A DNA stretch of 64,000 nt from Bacteroidota bacterium. GTDB taxonomy: Bacteria; Bacteroidota; Bacteroidia; Chitinophagales; JADIYW01. Positions 1-9,956 of the stretch are shown piece by piece. Each line of letters opens with the position of its first letter. The stretch's first letter is position 1. Made by a program: the position numbers and the translations under genes. The DNA is taken from NCBI GenBank assembly GCA_016705125.1, contig JADIYW010000025.1, forward strand, positions 6,722 through 70,721. The letters are read 5' to 3'. The notes under the pieces were generated by a model. It ran no database searches. It saw only the letters and a program-made list of their open reading frames with translations, and was not told the origin of the DNA.

Positions 1-1141
1 TTTTTTCAATTTTTTGAACTTCTTTCATTGTATCGGCTTTCTCTAAAACGGTAGCTTTTGCATTCAAAAGCTTTTTTTCTAATACCGCACTTGGTGTTTT
101 TTCTATTATTTCAACTATGGTATCTGTAAGCTCACTTGCAGACCATTCATTTAGTCTCCAAATGGTATCTTGATTAAAAATATCTTGATCATAATCAAGT
201 GGTCCTAATATAACTGGTGTCTCAACTGCCATGCTTTCTATTGCAGAAACAGGAGTACCATCTGATTTTGGGTTCATTATTACAATACTTGCATTCCTAG
301 TCAATTCGAAAATAGTGGCTTGTGGAATTTCTTCCAAAAATAAAAAGTTTACATCCTTCATATTAGACATTCTTTTTTTTATGTCTCCAATATAACCCAC
401 TGCTCTTCCATTAGCATCTATAAACACCATGGTATATTCCTTTTTTATATTTGGTGGAAGTAACTGAATGGCATCTAATGAAAAATCGTGATTATATAAC
501 GTATTCATATACCTAGGAAAGAATAAATACTTTTTATTTCTTAAAGCATCCACAAAAGTTGTATCATTTTCGGTCAATATTTTATCCATATAAACGCCAG
601 TCCTTAATACTCCATTTGGCACATTATTATTGCCTAGTATTTTAAGTACCGATTTTTGTTGCTTAAGGGAAGTTGAACTAATATAATCAAAATTTGAAAA
701 GGCCTTTCTAAAAAGAATGGATAACAACTTATTAAACGGATGTTTTTTTTCAATTAATTGAGGTATGGTAACTAATACATCAGTTCCTCTAGTGGTTAAA
801 ACCATTGGGATATTAAAATATTTTTTTCCTAATGCCCACAATGCATTCGGCTCTGCAAACATAACATGAACTAAGTCTATTTTATGTTCTTTGATTACTT
901 GTTTTAGTCTTTTAAATTCTTTTATTGTTCTAGGAAACTTTGTTACCGAAAAATCTGCAATAGGAGGAAGATAAATCATATTGCTCTTTTTTAATTTATC
1001 AAGATTCGTTTGGGTTAATATTTTATCCTGTAATTCTTGCCCAATTATATAGCAGGTATAATTTTCTTTTTGATTAGAAAAATAAGTTATCCATTTTAAG
1101 CTATGAACACAACTTGGATCATTAAGGTAAAGAATATTCAT
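1..1141 (-). CDS. glycosyltransferase, GT-B fold (family 1/4-like); C-terminus runs off the window start
   Basis: Not in the ORF track because there is no stop in the window. Manual minus-strand translation from ATG at 1141-1139 stays open to position 1: MNILYLNDPSCVHSLKWITYF...DLVHVMFAEPNALWALG...NPKSDGTPVSAIESMAVETPVILGP. The last stretch resembles the GT4 E/DX7E sugar-nucleotide region. Confidence 0.6.
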   Translation of the reverse strand, partial: MNILYLNDPSCVHSLKWITYFSNQKENYTCYIIGQELQDKILTQTNLDKLKKSNMIYLPPIADFSVTKFPRTIKEFKRLKQVIKEHKIDLVHVMFAEPNALWALGKKYFNIPMVLTTRGTDVLVTIPQLIEKKHPFNKLLSILFRKAFSNFDYISSTSLKQQKSVLKILGNNNVPNGVLRTGVYMDKILTENDTTFVDALRNKKYLFFPRYMNTLYNHDFSLDAIQLLPPNIKKEYTMVFIDANGRAVGYIGDIKKRMSNMKDVNFLFLEEIPQATIFELTRNASIVIMNPKSDGTPVSAIESMAVETPVILGPLDYDQDIFNQDTIWRLNEWSASELTDTIVEIIEKTPSAVLEKKLLNAKATVLEKADTMKEVQKIEK

Positions 1142-1196
1142 ACTATCCCTAAAAGTGAAACCAAAAATAGTATTTTTTTTAAGGAATGGTCTATTT

Positions 1197-3092
1197 TTAT
1201 TTGGAATAAAATTTTTCTAACCAAATTTCAAAGCATAATAATGCCCAAATTGTATGTGTATGGTCAATTCCAGGTTTATTTTGAAGGTGCTCAAACCATA
1301 CTTTTTTTATATAATCCATATTAAACCACCCGAACTTATTTAGGTTTCCTTCAAAAATATGTGCTTCTGTATATTTTTTTAAATCTGTTCGAAGCCATTG
1401 GTGCACTGGAATACCGAATCCGCGTTTGGTTTGAGAAAAGATATGTGGATTGAAATGTTTCTCTGCAAGTTTTTTTAGTAAGTATTTATTTTGGTTGTCT
1501 TTAAATTTAAAATCATTAGGAATATTAAAAGCCAACTCTGCCAATTTATAATCGAGTAATGGCGATCGAACTTCTAATGAATTTTTCATGGAAGCACGGT
1601 CTACTTTTACCAAATAATCGTTTAACAAACGTGTATTTAAAGAAGCAGCCAACAATGTTGTTGTATAATCCTCGCTTTTGTTGTTTTTCCAAATACCACT
1701 TAAATAATTTTCGGTGAAATTATTTCTTTCATTTTTGAAATCTTTATTAAAAAGTAAATCTAATTGATTAGGATGAATTCCAATTTCTCGATATAGTTTT
1801 AGAAAATCATTTGTATTATGATAAGTTTCTAAAGAACCAAGATTTTCTTTCCTATTATTTGAAAAACGAAATGCAAGCTTATCTACTAAGGTAGCCATTT
1901 TTCTAACACTTGTATTCGGATACTTTTGTATGTATTTATCTGTACGATAGGCGATGCCATAATCATCATAACCGCCAAACAATTCATCGCCTCCATCGCC
2001 TGAAAGTGCAACTGTTACATTTCCCCTAAGTGCTTTAGAACAATAATAAGTTGGAATCATGCTCGAATCGGCAAATGGTTCTCCGTAATATTCAACAAGA
2101 TCTGGCAATGTATGAATGATATCTGATTCCAAAATTATTTCGTGGTGGTCGGTATCATAACGCTGCGCTACTAGCTTGGCTTCAGGTAGTTCGTTGTATT
2201 TTTGGTACGACAATCCTATGGAAAATGTCTTTATTCTTTCTGTAGAATGTTGGGCGAGCAATGAAACCACCAAACCTGAATCAACACCGCCCGATAGAAA
2301 ACAACCTATCGGAACATCAGAAATGGTTCTTTTTGTAATCGCATTTATCAACTGATTTTCAACCATTTCTATAGTTTCTTCAATTGAATGCGACCAATTT
2401 TTACTGGGTTGAAGCGTCCAATATTTTTCTTTAAGCAATACTTTGTTTGTATTTAGGTCTATTTCCCAAAATGTAGCAGGTTCTATTTGGCAGATTTCTT
2501 TCCAAATCGTTTTGGGTTGTGGCGACGATATTTCACTGAAATAGTATTCCAAAGATTCAAAATCCAAGTTCAATTCCTTCTTTCTTATCGCCCAAATTGC
2601 CCTTATTTCGGAAGCAAATACTATTTCATCATTGGATTGCAAAACATAAAATGGTTTTTTGCCAAATCTATCTCGGGCAAAAAAGACTTTGTTTTTTATT
2701 TTATCAAAAATGGCAAATGCAAACATTCCATCTATGTGTTGTAGCATTTTTTGTATACCCCATATTTTGTACCCCCAACAAATCACTTCAGTATCGGAAT
2801 GAGTATTGAAAATTGCGCCTTCTTTTTCTAGCAATTTTCTCAGCTCGAGAAAGTTATAAATCTCGCCATTAAAGCTTATCCAAATTTCGCCATCAAGTAT
2901 AGAAAATGGTTGATTGGAAGATGGATTTAAATCAATAATTGCAAGTCGACGATGGCAAAACCCAACTCTATTTCCAATAAAAGTACCAAAAGCATCGGGC
3001 CCACGCTCTTGCATGGTTTGGTGCATAGTAGTAAGTTCATCCTGCTCAATAGGCTGACTACTAAATTTGATTATACCACCAATTCCGCACAT
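1197..3092 (-). CDS. asnB: asparagine synthase (glutamine-hydrolysing)-family amidotransferase, glycan-locus paralogue
   Basis: 631 aa. N-terminal MCGIGG with the class-II (Ntn) glutamine amidotransferase Cys2. PP-loop SGGVDSG in the synthetase domain. ATG confirmed at 3092-3090. Confidence 0.85.
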   Translation of the reverse strand: MCGIGGIIKFSSQPIEQDELTTMHQTMQERGPDAFGTFIGNRVGFCHRRLAIIDLNPSSNQPFSILDGEIWISFNGEIYNFLELRKLLEKEGAIFNTHSDTEVICWGYKIWGIQKMLQHIDGMFAFAIFDKIKNKVFFARDRFGKKPFYVLQSNDEIVFASEIRAIWAIRKKELNLDFESLEYYFSEISSPQPKTIWKEICQIEPATFWEIDLNTNKVLLKEKYWTLQPSKNWSHSIEETIEMVENQLINAITKRTISDVPIGCFLSGGVDSGLVVSLLAQHSTERIKTFSIGLSYQKYNELPEAKLVAQRYDTDHHEIILESDIIHTLPDLVEYYGEPFADSSMIPTYYCSKALRGNVTVALSGDGGDELFGGYDDYGIAYRTDKYIQKYPNTSVRKMATLVDKLAFRFSNNRKENLGSLETYHNTNDFLKLYREIGIHPNQLDLLFNKDFKNERNNFTENYLSGIWKNNKSEDYTTTLLAASLNTRLLNDYLVKVDRASMKNSLEVRSPLLDYKLAELAFNIPNDFKFKDNQNKYLLKKLAEKHFNPHIFSQTKRGFGIPVHQWLRTDLKKYTEAHIFEGNLNKFGWFNMDYIKKVWFEHLQNKPGIDHTHTIWALLCFEIWLEKFYSK

Positions 3093-3098
3093 GATGTT

Positions 3099-3740
3099 TT
3101 AAAAAATAATACGGATTAATTCAAATGCTTCAGCATATTTTTCAGAAATCTGAGCGCCTCTAACACGAGCTAGTCCAAAAATAAATTCTCTATCTATATA
3201 TGTTCTAAATTTTTGTGTTAAATATTTATCTAATGCATTCCATTTTTTTGCTACGTTCTTTTCTTCTACCTTAAAAAAGGCGGTAGTGGAAAATTCGGTT
3301 GTATCCCATGGTAAATCATACCCAAAGCAAGTAAAATGTTTAAATGCCCTTAAGCCTTCCTCATAAATAGTTTTATGATCTTGATGGAGTGCATTTGAAC
3401 AAGGCATAAATATAATATCAGGCTTAATTTTATTTCTCAATTGAATTAAGTCCTCTAAAATCTCTTGTCGGTGTGCGGGGAATTTGCGGACAGGGTAATT
3501 TTTAATGAAAATATTATCTTCTGGAATTCCTAATTCGGCGGTAGCAGCTCTGAATTCTTGAGCCAAAACATCCTTTGGGTAACCAACTGGAACAGAATCT
3601 TCACAAATGGAAAACGCTACCTCGTATACTTTATTGTTGTTTTCAATTAGCTTCGAAATTATAGCTCCGCAACCTAATTCACCATCATCAGTATGTGGCG
3701 ATAATATTAATACTCGTTGGTTAATTACTTCTAATTTCAT
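3099..3740 (-). CDS. PIG-L/LmbE family N-acetyl-sugar deacetylase
   Basis: 213 aa. N-terminal ILSPHTDDGELGCG motif (the PIG-L SPHxDD signature) and a downstream HQDH. Confidence 0.75.
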   Translation of the reverse strand: MKLEVINQRVLILSPHTDDGELGCGAIISKLIENNNKVYEVAFSICEDSVPVGYPKDVLAQEFRAATAELGIPEDNIFIKNYPVRKFPAHRQEILEDLIQLRNKIKPDIIFMPCSNALHQDHKTIYEEGLRAFKHFTCFGYDLPWDTTEFSTTAFFKVEEKNVAKKWNALDKYLTQKFRTYIDREFIFGLARVRGAQISEKYAEAFELIRIIF

Positions 3741-3755
3741 TATTATACAAGTCGG

Positions 3756-4826
3756 TTATAAATTATTTATTAATATTTCAACTATTTTCTCGGATGCTTT
3801 ACCGTCACCTAAACATTTTGAAATATAGTTTGGTATTGTTATATTATGATATGCAGCTATTATATTTTCCTTACTTGGTCCAGCTTGCTGATTCCAACCT
3901 TCATTTATGGTTTCAACCCATTCGGTTTGCAAATCTAGCAGTATTCCTGGTACTTCATGGAAATATGCTTCTTTGGTTACACCTCCAGAATCTGTCAATA
4001 CGAATTTAGCATAATGAATTAAGGTTTGCGTGTCAATATAACCAAGTGGTTTTGTAACAATAATATTTGGCTTATCTATATAATGTTTGAAGTTATAGGT
4101 TTCAATTGCTTTTAAAGTTCTTGGATGGATTGGAAATATTATTGTTTCTTTTATTTCTGAAAGGCTTGATAATATTTGTTCTAAGTTTTCCTTTAAATCA
4201 GTATTGTTTGCTCTATGGCAAGTTAGTAAAACATAGTCCTTCTTTTTTATTCCATTTGTAATAAATGGATTGTTATTGTTCAATATTTTCTCCCAATTGA
4301 GCAGGATAATATCAATCATTACATCTCCAATATTATATACTCCTTCGGTAATACCCATTGATTTTAAAATATCAATTGCTGTAGGAGTTGGACAGAAATA
4401 AAAATCAGAAAGTATATCTGTTATTAATTTATTCGATTCTTCGGGTATATATTTATTAAATTCCCGCAGTCCAGCTTCAACATGTCCTAGCTTAATTTTA
4501 TTTTTTACTGCAGCAATTGCAGCTGCAGAAGTAGAATTTGTATCGCCAAATACAATAACACAATCTGGCTTTTCTTTAATAAATATTTCTTCAAGCTTAA
4601 TCAACATTGTGCCAATTTGATAGCCAGCTGGGCCGGATCCAACCTCAAGATTATAATCAACATCTGGAATTTCTAATTCATCAAAAAATGATTTGGACAT
4701 TTCATAATCGTAATGTTGACCAGTATGAATAATTATTTCTTTAAAGTGCGGCCTTAGAGCTTTCGAAAGTGCTGCTAATTTTATAAATTGTGGTCTTGCT
4801 CCAACAACTGTTATTACTTTTTTCAT
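3756..4826 (-). CDS. UDP-N-acetylglucosamine 2-epimerase family (WecB/WbpI-like)
   Basis: 356 aa. MKKVITVVGARPQFIKLA N-terminus and HVEAGLR motif. ATGA overlap with the downstream gene. Confidence 0.8.
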   Translation of the reverse strand: MKKVITVVGARPQFIKLAALSKALRPHFKEIIIHTGQHYDYEMSKSFFDELEIPDVDYNLEVGSGPAGYQIGTMLIKLEEIFIKEKPDCVIVFGDTNSTSAAAIAAVKNKIKLGHVEAGLREFNKYIPEESNKLITDILSDFYFCPTPTAIDILKSMGITEGVYNIGDVMIDIILLNWEKILNNNNPFITNGIKKKDYVLLTCHRANNTDLKENLEQILSSLSEIKETIIFPIHPRTLKAIETYNFKHYIDKPNIIVTKPLGYIDTQTLIHYAKFVLTDSGGVTKEAYFHEVPGILLDLQTEWVETINEGWNQQAGPSKENIIAAYHNITIPNYISKCLGDGKASEKIVEILINNL

Positions 4827-5518
4827 CCATTAATATTTAGCATTTCTTTTATCTCCACAATTGAAATATTCATTAAAACGTCCAAAATAGACAAATTAGG
4901 TAAAAAATCACCATTTATTTGTTGGTATGGATTCGATTGATAATCTGAATAAATTAGTTCAATCATATTTTGATTATACAATTCAGGGTCATTATATTTT
5001 TTTGCACCATGTCCAGAAAGGTATTTATTTCCATTTAAATGTTTGCAAATATTAATGTTTTGAGCATTACTTGTTCCAAAGTCTTTCTCAAAACCTGAAG
5101 TCACAAAAATTTTGGTTTTAATTTCTAATTTAGCAATAACCCAATTAATAATCTCAATGTTTAATTGTGCAATATTTTCGTATTTTTTTTTCAAAATAAT
5201 TTCAAATTCGGGATAAATTATTTTAAAATTTGGCGCTTTTAGATATGAATTCTTTATTTGATTTAGGTGTTTATTGACCCATTTATGACTATAATCAATG
5301 GCTATTTCATTGTAGTGTTGGTATGCGCCTTCAGAAAGTTTTACAGGAACTGATAAAAGAATTTCTTCCCCATTTATGCCTTTAATTTTATTTCTATTGG
5401 CCACCGTTCCTTTTACATATTGTACAGTGTCCAAAATAACAAATTTATCTGAGTTGGCTATTTTATAAAAATAACCAAGCCATGGCATATAATTAGGTTG
5501 GTGAATCGAGACAATCAT
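4823..5518 (-). CDS. WbqC-family protein (glycan-locus associated, function unknown)
   Basis: 231 aa. MIVSIHQPNYMPWLGYFYKI...FVILDTVQY is the typical WbqC-like N-terminus. Confidence 0.7.
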   Translation of the reverse strand: MIVSIHQPNYMPWLGYFYKIANSDKFVILDTVQYVKGTVANRNKIKGINGEEILLSVPVKLSEGAYQHYNEIAIDYSHKWVNKHLNQIKNSYLKAPNFKIIYPEFEIILKKKYENIAQLNIEIINWVIAKLEIKTKIFVTSGFEKDFGTSNAQNINICKHLNGNKYLSGHGAKKYNDPELYNQNMIELIYSDYQSNPYQQINGDFLPNLSILDVLMNISIVEIKEMLNING

Positions 5519-6058
5519 CTAAGATGCAATAATAAATGGCTGATAATTATTTTTTTGAACTGACATCCACACATAGCTTTGATATTTTCCATCTTTATAC
5601 ACCATGTCTTTCAGCAATCCATTTTGGACAAAACCAAATTTTTTGAAAAAATGAATAGATCTTTCATTTTCTTCTAAAACGGTAATGTAAATCGTTTGCA
5701 TATTCAATTGGAAAAACAAATAATCCATTGTCAATTTCAGGGCTTCTTTTCCATGTATTTTTCCCCAATAATCTTTATCTCCAATGGTAACACCGACCTC
5801 ACAGTTCTTGTTTATATGGTCTATTTTCATAATGCCAACCATGCCAATAGGTGTATTATTTGCCTTATCAACAATAATCAACTTTTTTTTATTTGGTTGA
5901 TTAATTTGAGCATCAAACCATTTTTTTTGTTCCAAAATGTTATTTGGAAAACGACTCTCAAAATATTGGGCTATTTCATTATCGAAATTCCAAATACTAA
6001 TTTTATTAATATCTGTTTCTTCGATAGCACGCAATAAAATATACTTACCTGAAAACAT
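5519..6058 (-). CDS. GNAT family N-acetyltransferase
   Basis: 179 aa. RimJ/RimL-like layout with a typical GNAT C-terminal core (...NERSIHFFKKFGFVQNG). Confidence 0.7.
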   Translation of the reverse strand: MFSGKYILLRAIEETDINKISIWNFDNEIAQYFESRFPNNILEQKKWFDAQINQPNKKKLIIVDKANNTPIGMVGIMKIDHINKNCEVGVTIGDKDYWGKIHGKEALKLTMDYLFFQLNMQTIYITVLEENERSIHFFKKFGFVQNGLLKDMVYKDGKYQSYVWMSVQKNNYQPFIIAS

Positions 6059-6114
6059 TTTTTAATTTTTAAAATGTTTTACAAAGATATTATAAAAACT
6101 ACAAAAACATTGTT

Positions 6115-6574
6115 CTATTCAATTATTAGCTTTTTAGTAAGTGAATTTTTGTCGGTATTTGTAACTATAAAATATACTCCAGCTGCTAAATTGCTTTTTT
6201 GAACCATTATTTCAACATTAGAAAGGTCATTTTGGGTTTCTTCAAAAAGATTTTTGACCAATTTACCAGTAATATCAACCAATTGAACGGACAAATATTT
6301 AGAATCTATATCAGTAATTTTTATATTAAACTGTCCATAAATACAAAGTAAAAACACCTGCTGTTGAAGTGTTGTTTGAAGGGTCAAGCATACAATCCAT
6401 CATTCGTAATGCAGAATTTGAGCTAGGTTTTATTTGTTTCAACTCTGATAAATCATTGATGTAGTTTTCACTTATTCCATGATTTCCGCAAACTGGGATA
6501 TTATTTTGTTGAGCATTGGCATTAAAGCAACTTATTACAATAAGTGCAAAGCATAGGAATTTAGTTCTAAACAT
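6115..6574 (-). pseudogene. small secreted protein with T9SS C-terminal sorting domain, split by a frameshift
   Basis: ORF 6326-6574 has a signal peptide (MFRTKFLCFALIVISCFNANAQ). ORF 6115-6387 ends in a Por-type CTD (IYGQFNIKI...VQLVDITGKLV...AGVYFIVTN...KKLIIE). The frames switch around the A5 run at 6350-6354. Confidence 0.5.
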
Positions 6575-6747
6575 GGTTATATTGTTTTTATTTTAACACA
6601 ATATAATTACAAAAAATCGAAAAAAAAAAACAATTTTATGGAATAAATAAAAAAAAACAATTAGTTTTTAAAAAAAACAAATTAATAAAAATTAATATAT
6701 GTTTGAAGATTAATCTTTTTTTATGGAATATGCAATATTAAAGTGCT

Positions 6748-7512
6748 TTATTCTATAATTGCATACGAAATAGCTGTGCCAAATGCAAATCGTTCTATCC
6801 TTAATTTATTTATATTGAGCTCTTCTAAAACAGCAATGGTTTCACCAGGAAATGTTTTCATATTTAACTCATCAAATGCAATAATCGCACCTTTGGGCAT
6901 TCTTGGCAATAAATATTTAATAGCCACTTTTGTTGGCTCATAAACATCCACATCTAAATAAAGCATGCTAACAATTAGGTGGGGATTTTCTTCTAAATAA
7001 TTCGGTATCGTTTCCAAGATATCACCCTTTACTAATTCCACCTTTCCTATATGTCCTAGACTACGACCCTTGTCAAATACCTCAATACTCTTTTTTAGAT
7101 CATCGTAAGAATCTGCAAAATAACCTCCCTCTTTATTGAAAATAGATGTTGACTTTTCGTCCTGTTGACTTATGTTAGTAAAACCACCAAAGGTGTCAAA
7201 TCCAATTATTTTACGTGTATGATTAAAAGGTTCTAATATAGCACTCAATTGAGCATAGGTCATCAAACCGCCTCCATGAAAAACTCCACATTCGACTATG
7301 GAACCATGTATATTAATTATTTTCTTAAACAATTCATATCTAGCTATAAATCGCGAAACACTTCCCTTTGGGACATATTTAGAAAAATTTTCGAGTTTAT
7401 CTAAATCATTTCCATTGCTTCCCTTGTAATATTCATCTACTGAGCTTAAATAAGATTTATACTGCTCACTTGCATTCTCTTTGTAAGCCAAACTTTTTTC
7501 TAATTCGTTCAT
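6748..7512 (-). CDS. class I SAM-dependent methyltransferase, TylF/MycF (macrocin O-methyltransferase)-like
   Basis: 254 aa. GSIVECGVFHGGG SAM-binding loop, DTFGGF, and LYLDVDVYEPT...AIIAFDE. This is the typical sugar O-methyltransferase architecture. Confidence 0.65.
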   Translation of the reverse strand: MNELEKSLAYKENASEQYKSYLSSVDEYYKGSNGNDLDKLENFSKYVPKGSVSRFIARYELFKKIINIHGSIVECGVFHGGGLMTYAQLSAILEPFNHTRKIIGFDTFGGFTNISQQDEKSTSIFNKEGGYFADSYDDLKKSIEVFDKGRSLGHIGKVELVKGDILETIPNYLEENPHLIVSMLYLDVDVYEPTKVAIKYLLPRMPKGAIIAFDELNMKTFPGETIAVLEELNINKLRIERFAFGTAISYAIIE

Positions 7513-7583
7513 TTTTTTAAATTAAAGTATACAAATAAAAATCTACATGCCAAAAGTAGAATAATTTATTTAACCAAATAAAT

Positions 7584-8777
7584 TTAATCTCCTTTATTAA
7601 TAATTCTAATAATCTCTTTTGATTTTGTATTACATGAAAGATAGTTCTCTCCAATTTTTCTTATTTCTTTTGATTTTTCAGTAGAATCATTTCCATTATA
7701 AAATTGTTTTAAAAAAAGCACTATCTTATCGAAGTCAATTGTTTCTTCATTTTCGGATATTTTCAAATAAAATGGTTCAAATTCTGGATTGTTGGAAATA
7801 TCTATTTCATAATGCGAAAAAATAAAAGGGAAGCCCATTCCTATATATTCTCTAATTTTTAAGGTAGCACCTTCCTTGCTTTTCCACCGATGAAAGCCCA
7901 GGCTACCTATACCTAAATGGCATTTATTCAATATTTCATGGTATTTCTCCCCTGTCATCTTTGGATAAAAAATTACCCTAGCATTTGGTTTGTCTCCTTT
8001 GTACATTCTTTTAGTTTTAGCAGTAAAATTGCCCACTAAATGTAAAGTTAAATAAACTTGTCCATTATAGGCTTTTAAGCCTTTTATAAGTCTGTCAGTT
8101 CCATAAGCTGAATAGGCTGTTGTGCAAGCCATTATTAAATGAAACCCCTCCGATGCGGAAGGATGAATTGCTCTTAATTTTGTTCTTTCAAAATTATAAC
8201 TATTTCCAACAGTATGACAATTGTATTTTTCCTTTATTCTATAGGTTTGATATGCATTTATTTCGTCAGTAACTGCAAAACCACCTTTGGCAAGTGCAAT
8301 AAGTTGGTTTCCATATTTCTTTTCTTTGTTAATTCGGTTATAAATATCTTTAAGATTGGAAAAGTCAAAGGTTTTAAAATAATAGAGATAATCTCTAAAT
8401 TTAATCGCTTTTAACACATAATAAATTTCAATCAACTCTTTTGAATGGTGTTCGAGCCATATTCTCTTTGGGTATTTTTCAAAAAACTCAACTATTGGTT
8501 TAGAGGGTTGTGGGTATCTAAAAATAATTTCGTCCTCTGGTTTCAATTTTTCTTTCAAAAAATCTTCTACTTTTAATAAGCCTTCTGCTTCAGTTTTATA
8601 AAAAATGTGAACCGAATTTTCAAACTGCTTATTATCTACTTTATCTGAAAGGAATAAAAAAATTCCGTAACCACTTATTTCTGTATTTTTAAAACCATTT
8701 ACAAAGTCTTCAGACCTTCTGATTATACTATAAGCAGTTTCATTTTGTATAATAACTATATAAAATAAGGTTCTCAT
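7584..8777 (-). CDS. putative GT-B glycosyltransferase
   Basis: 397 aa. C-terminal KEGATLKIREYIGMGFPFI fits the EX7E motif of retaining GT-B enzymes. ATGA overlap with the upstream gene. No other recognisable motifs. Confidence 0.4.
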   Translation of the reverse strand: MRTLFYIVIIQNETAYSIIRRSEDFVNGFKNTEISGYGIFLFLSDKVDNKQFENSVHIFYKTEAEGLLKVEDFLKEKLKPEDEIIFRYPQPSKPIVEFFEKYPKRIWLEHHSKELIEIYYVLKAIKFRDYLYYFKTFDFSNLKDIYNRINKEKKYGNQLIALAKGGFAVTDEINAYQTYRIKEKYNCHTVGNSYNFERTKLRAIHPSASEGFHLIMACTTAYSAYGTDRLIKGLKAYNGQVYLTLHLVGNFTAKTKRMYKGDKPNARVIFYPKMTGEKYHEILNKCHLGIGSLGFHRWKSKEGATLKIREYIGMGFPFIFSHYEIDISNNPEFEPFYLKISENEETIDFDKIVLFLKQFYNGNDSTEKSKEIRKIGENYLSCNTKSKEIIRIINKGD

Positions 8778-9946
8778 CAGTTGTTTTGTATAGGCTTAGT
8801 TAATACACCAACAAATCGCAATATTCTAACAGGAATATATAGAACTGATTTAAGTAAAAACATTAAAATCCTTATTTTAAGTTGTTGATTAGTTTTATAA
8901 TTTTCATGAGCTATTGGCTTATTAGATAAAAAACCTGTCATAAATTCTTCGTCGAAATCGAGTTTTTTCATTACATATTCTCTATCTTCTAACTGCATCG
9001 ACATTGGATATGATTCTTTTTCCATTTCTTTAACAGCTTCGGCTTTAGTTATCTGATGCGACATAACAAGATTAGAAAGATGCATTTTTCGTTTATCAAT
9101 ATTCGCCTTATTGGGCAAAATATATCCTTGATAAAATCGAGTAAAAATGGATTCAAAATGTTTCCAACCATAATCTGTCCAACCAATTTTATCAATTATC
9201 GTTTGTTTTACTTCAGCTTTATTGTAAGGAATATAATTCAATAAAATAATTTGTTGTATGCCAAAAACAACTTCGTAAATATATTTTCTATAAATGCTCA
9301 ACTTTGGTAAAGTTCTTATTTTTATAGAACCAAATTGCTGATGAATATCTTTTAAGTTTTCATAATCATCTTTTATTTTACACGTCCATCCAACAGGATT
9401 TATGGCTTCCGTTTCTAGATTATGTCCACTTAATATGTATTTAATTTTTTTCTTATAAGCAATTTCATACAAAGCAGCTCCTATAAGTTGGTCGGTTGGC
9501 ATCTCTAAATCCAATACGTTTGATTTAAAGTAAGACCGTTGAAGATCTTTAAACTCTTCCCAATTTAGTACATAAGTGATCAAATCATAATTAAGAATTT
9601 TGGTAATGTTTTCGATGTTTTTAACAGCATGCTCCGTATTCCATCCATTATCAAAGTGTACCAAAAGAGGTCTCAAATTCCATTGCTTTGCCATATAGCA
9701 AAGATAAGAACTATCTACTCCACCACTTAAACCAATAATGCAATCATATTCATTTTTTTTTGAGTTCTTTTTTATTTCATCGAGAATTGATAATAGTTTT
9801 TCTTTTTTCCTATCTATTGGAACTTTTAAAACACTTTCTTCTAAAGTTTCAAAATAAACACAATAATTACACTTACCTTCTTTATCAAAAGTTATAGTTG
9901 GTGCTGTTGTATCTAAAAGGCATTTTGTACATTGAACTAATTCCAT
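8777..9946 (-). CDS. N-acetyl sugar amidotransferase (WbuX/WbpG family, PP-loop ATPase)
   Basis: 389 aa. N-terminal Cys-ribbon CTKCLLDTT...EGKCNYC followed by the PP-loop GLSGGVDSSY. Confidence 0.8.
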   Translation of the reverse strand: MELVQCTKCLLDTTAPTITFDKEGKCNYCVYFETLEESVLKVPIDRKKEKLLSILDEIKKNSKKNEYDCIIGLSGGVDSSYLCYMAKQWNLRPLLVHFDNGWNTEHAVKNIENITKILNYDLITYVLNWEEFKDLQRSYFKSNVLDLEMPTDQLIGAALYEIAYKKKIKYILSGHNLETEAINPVGWTCKIKDDYENLKDIHQQFGSIKIRTLPKLSIYRKYIYEVVFGIQQIILLNYIPYNKAEVKQTIIDKIGWTDYGWKHFESIFTRFYQGYILPNKANIDKRKMHLSNLVMSHQITKAEAVKEMEKESYPMSMQLEDREYVMKKLDFDEEFMTGFLSNKPIAHENYKTNQQLKIRILMFLLKSVLYIPVRILRFVGVLTKPIQNN

Positions 9947-9956
9947 ATTGAATAAT

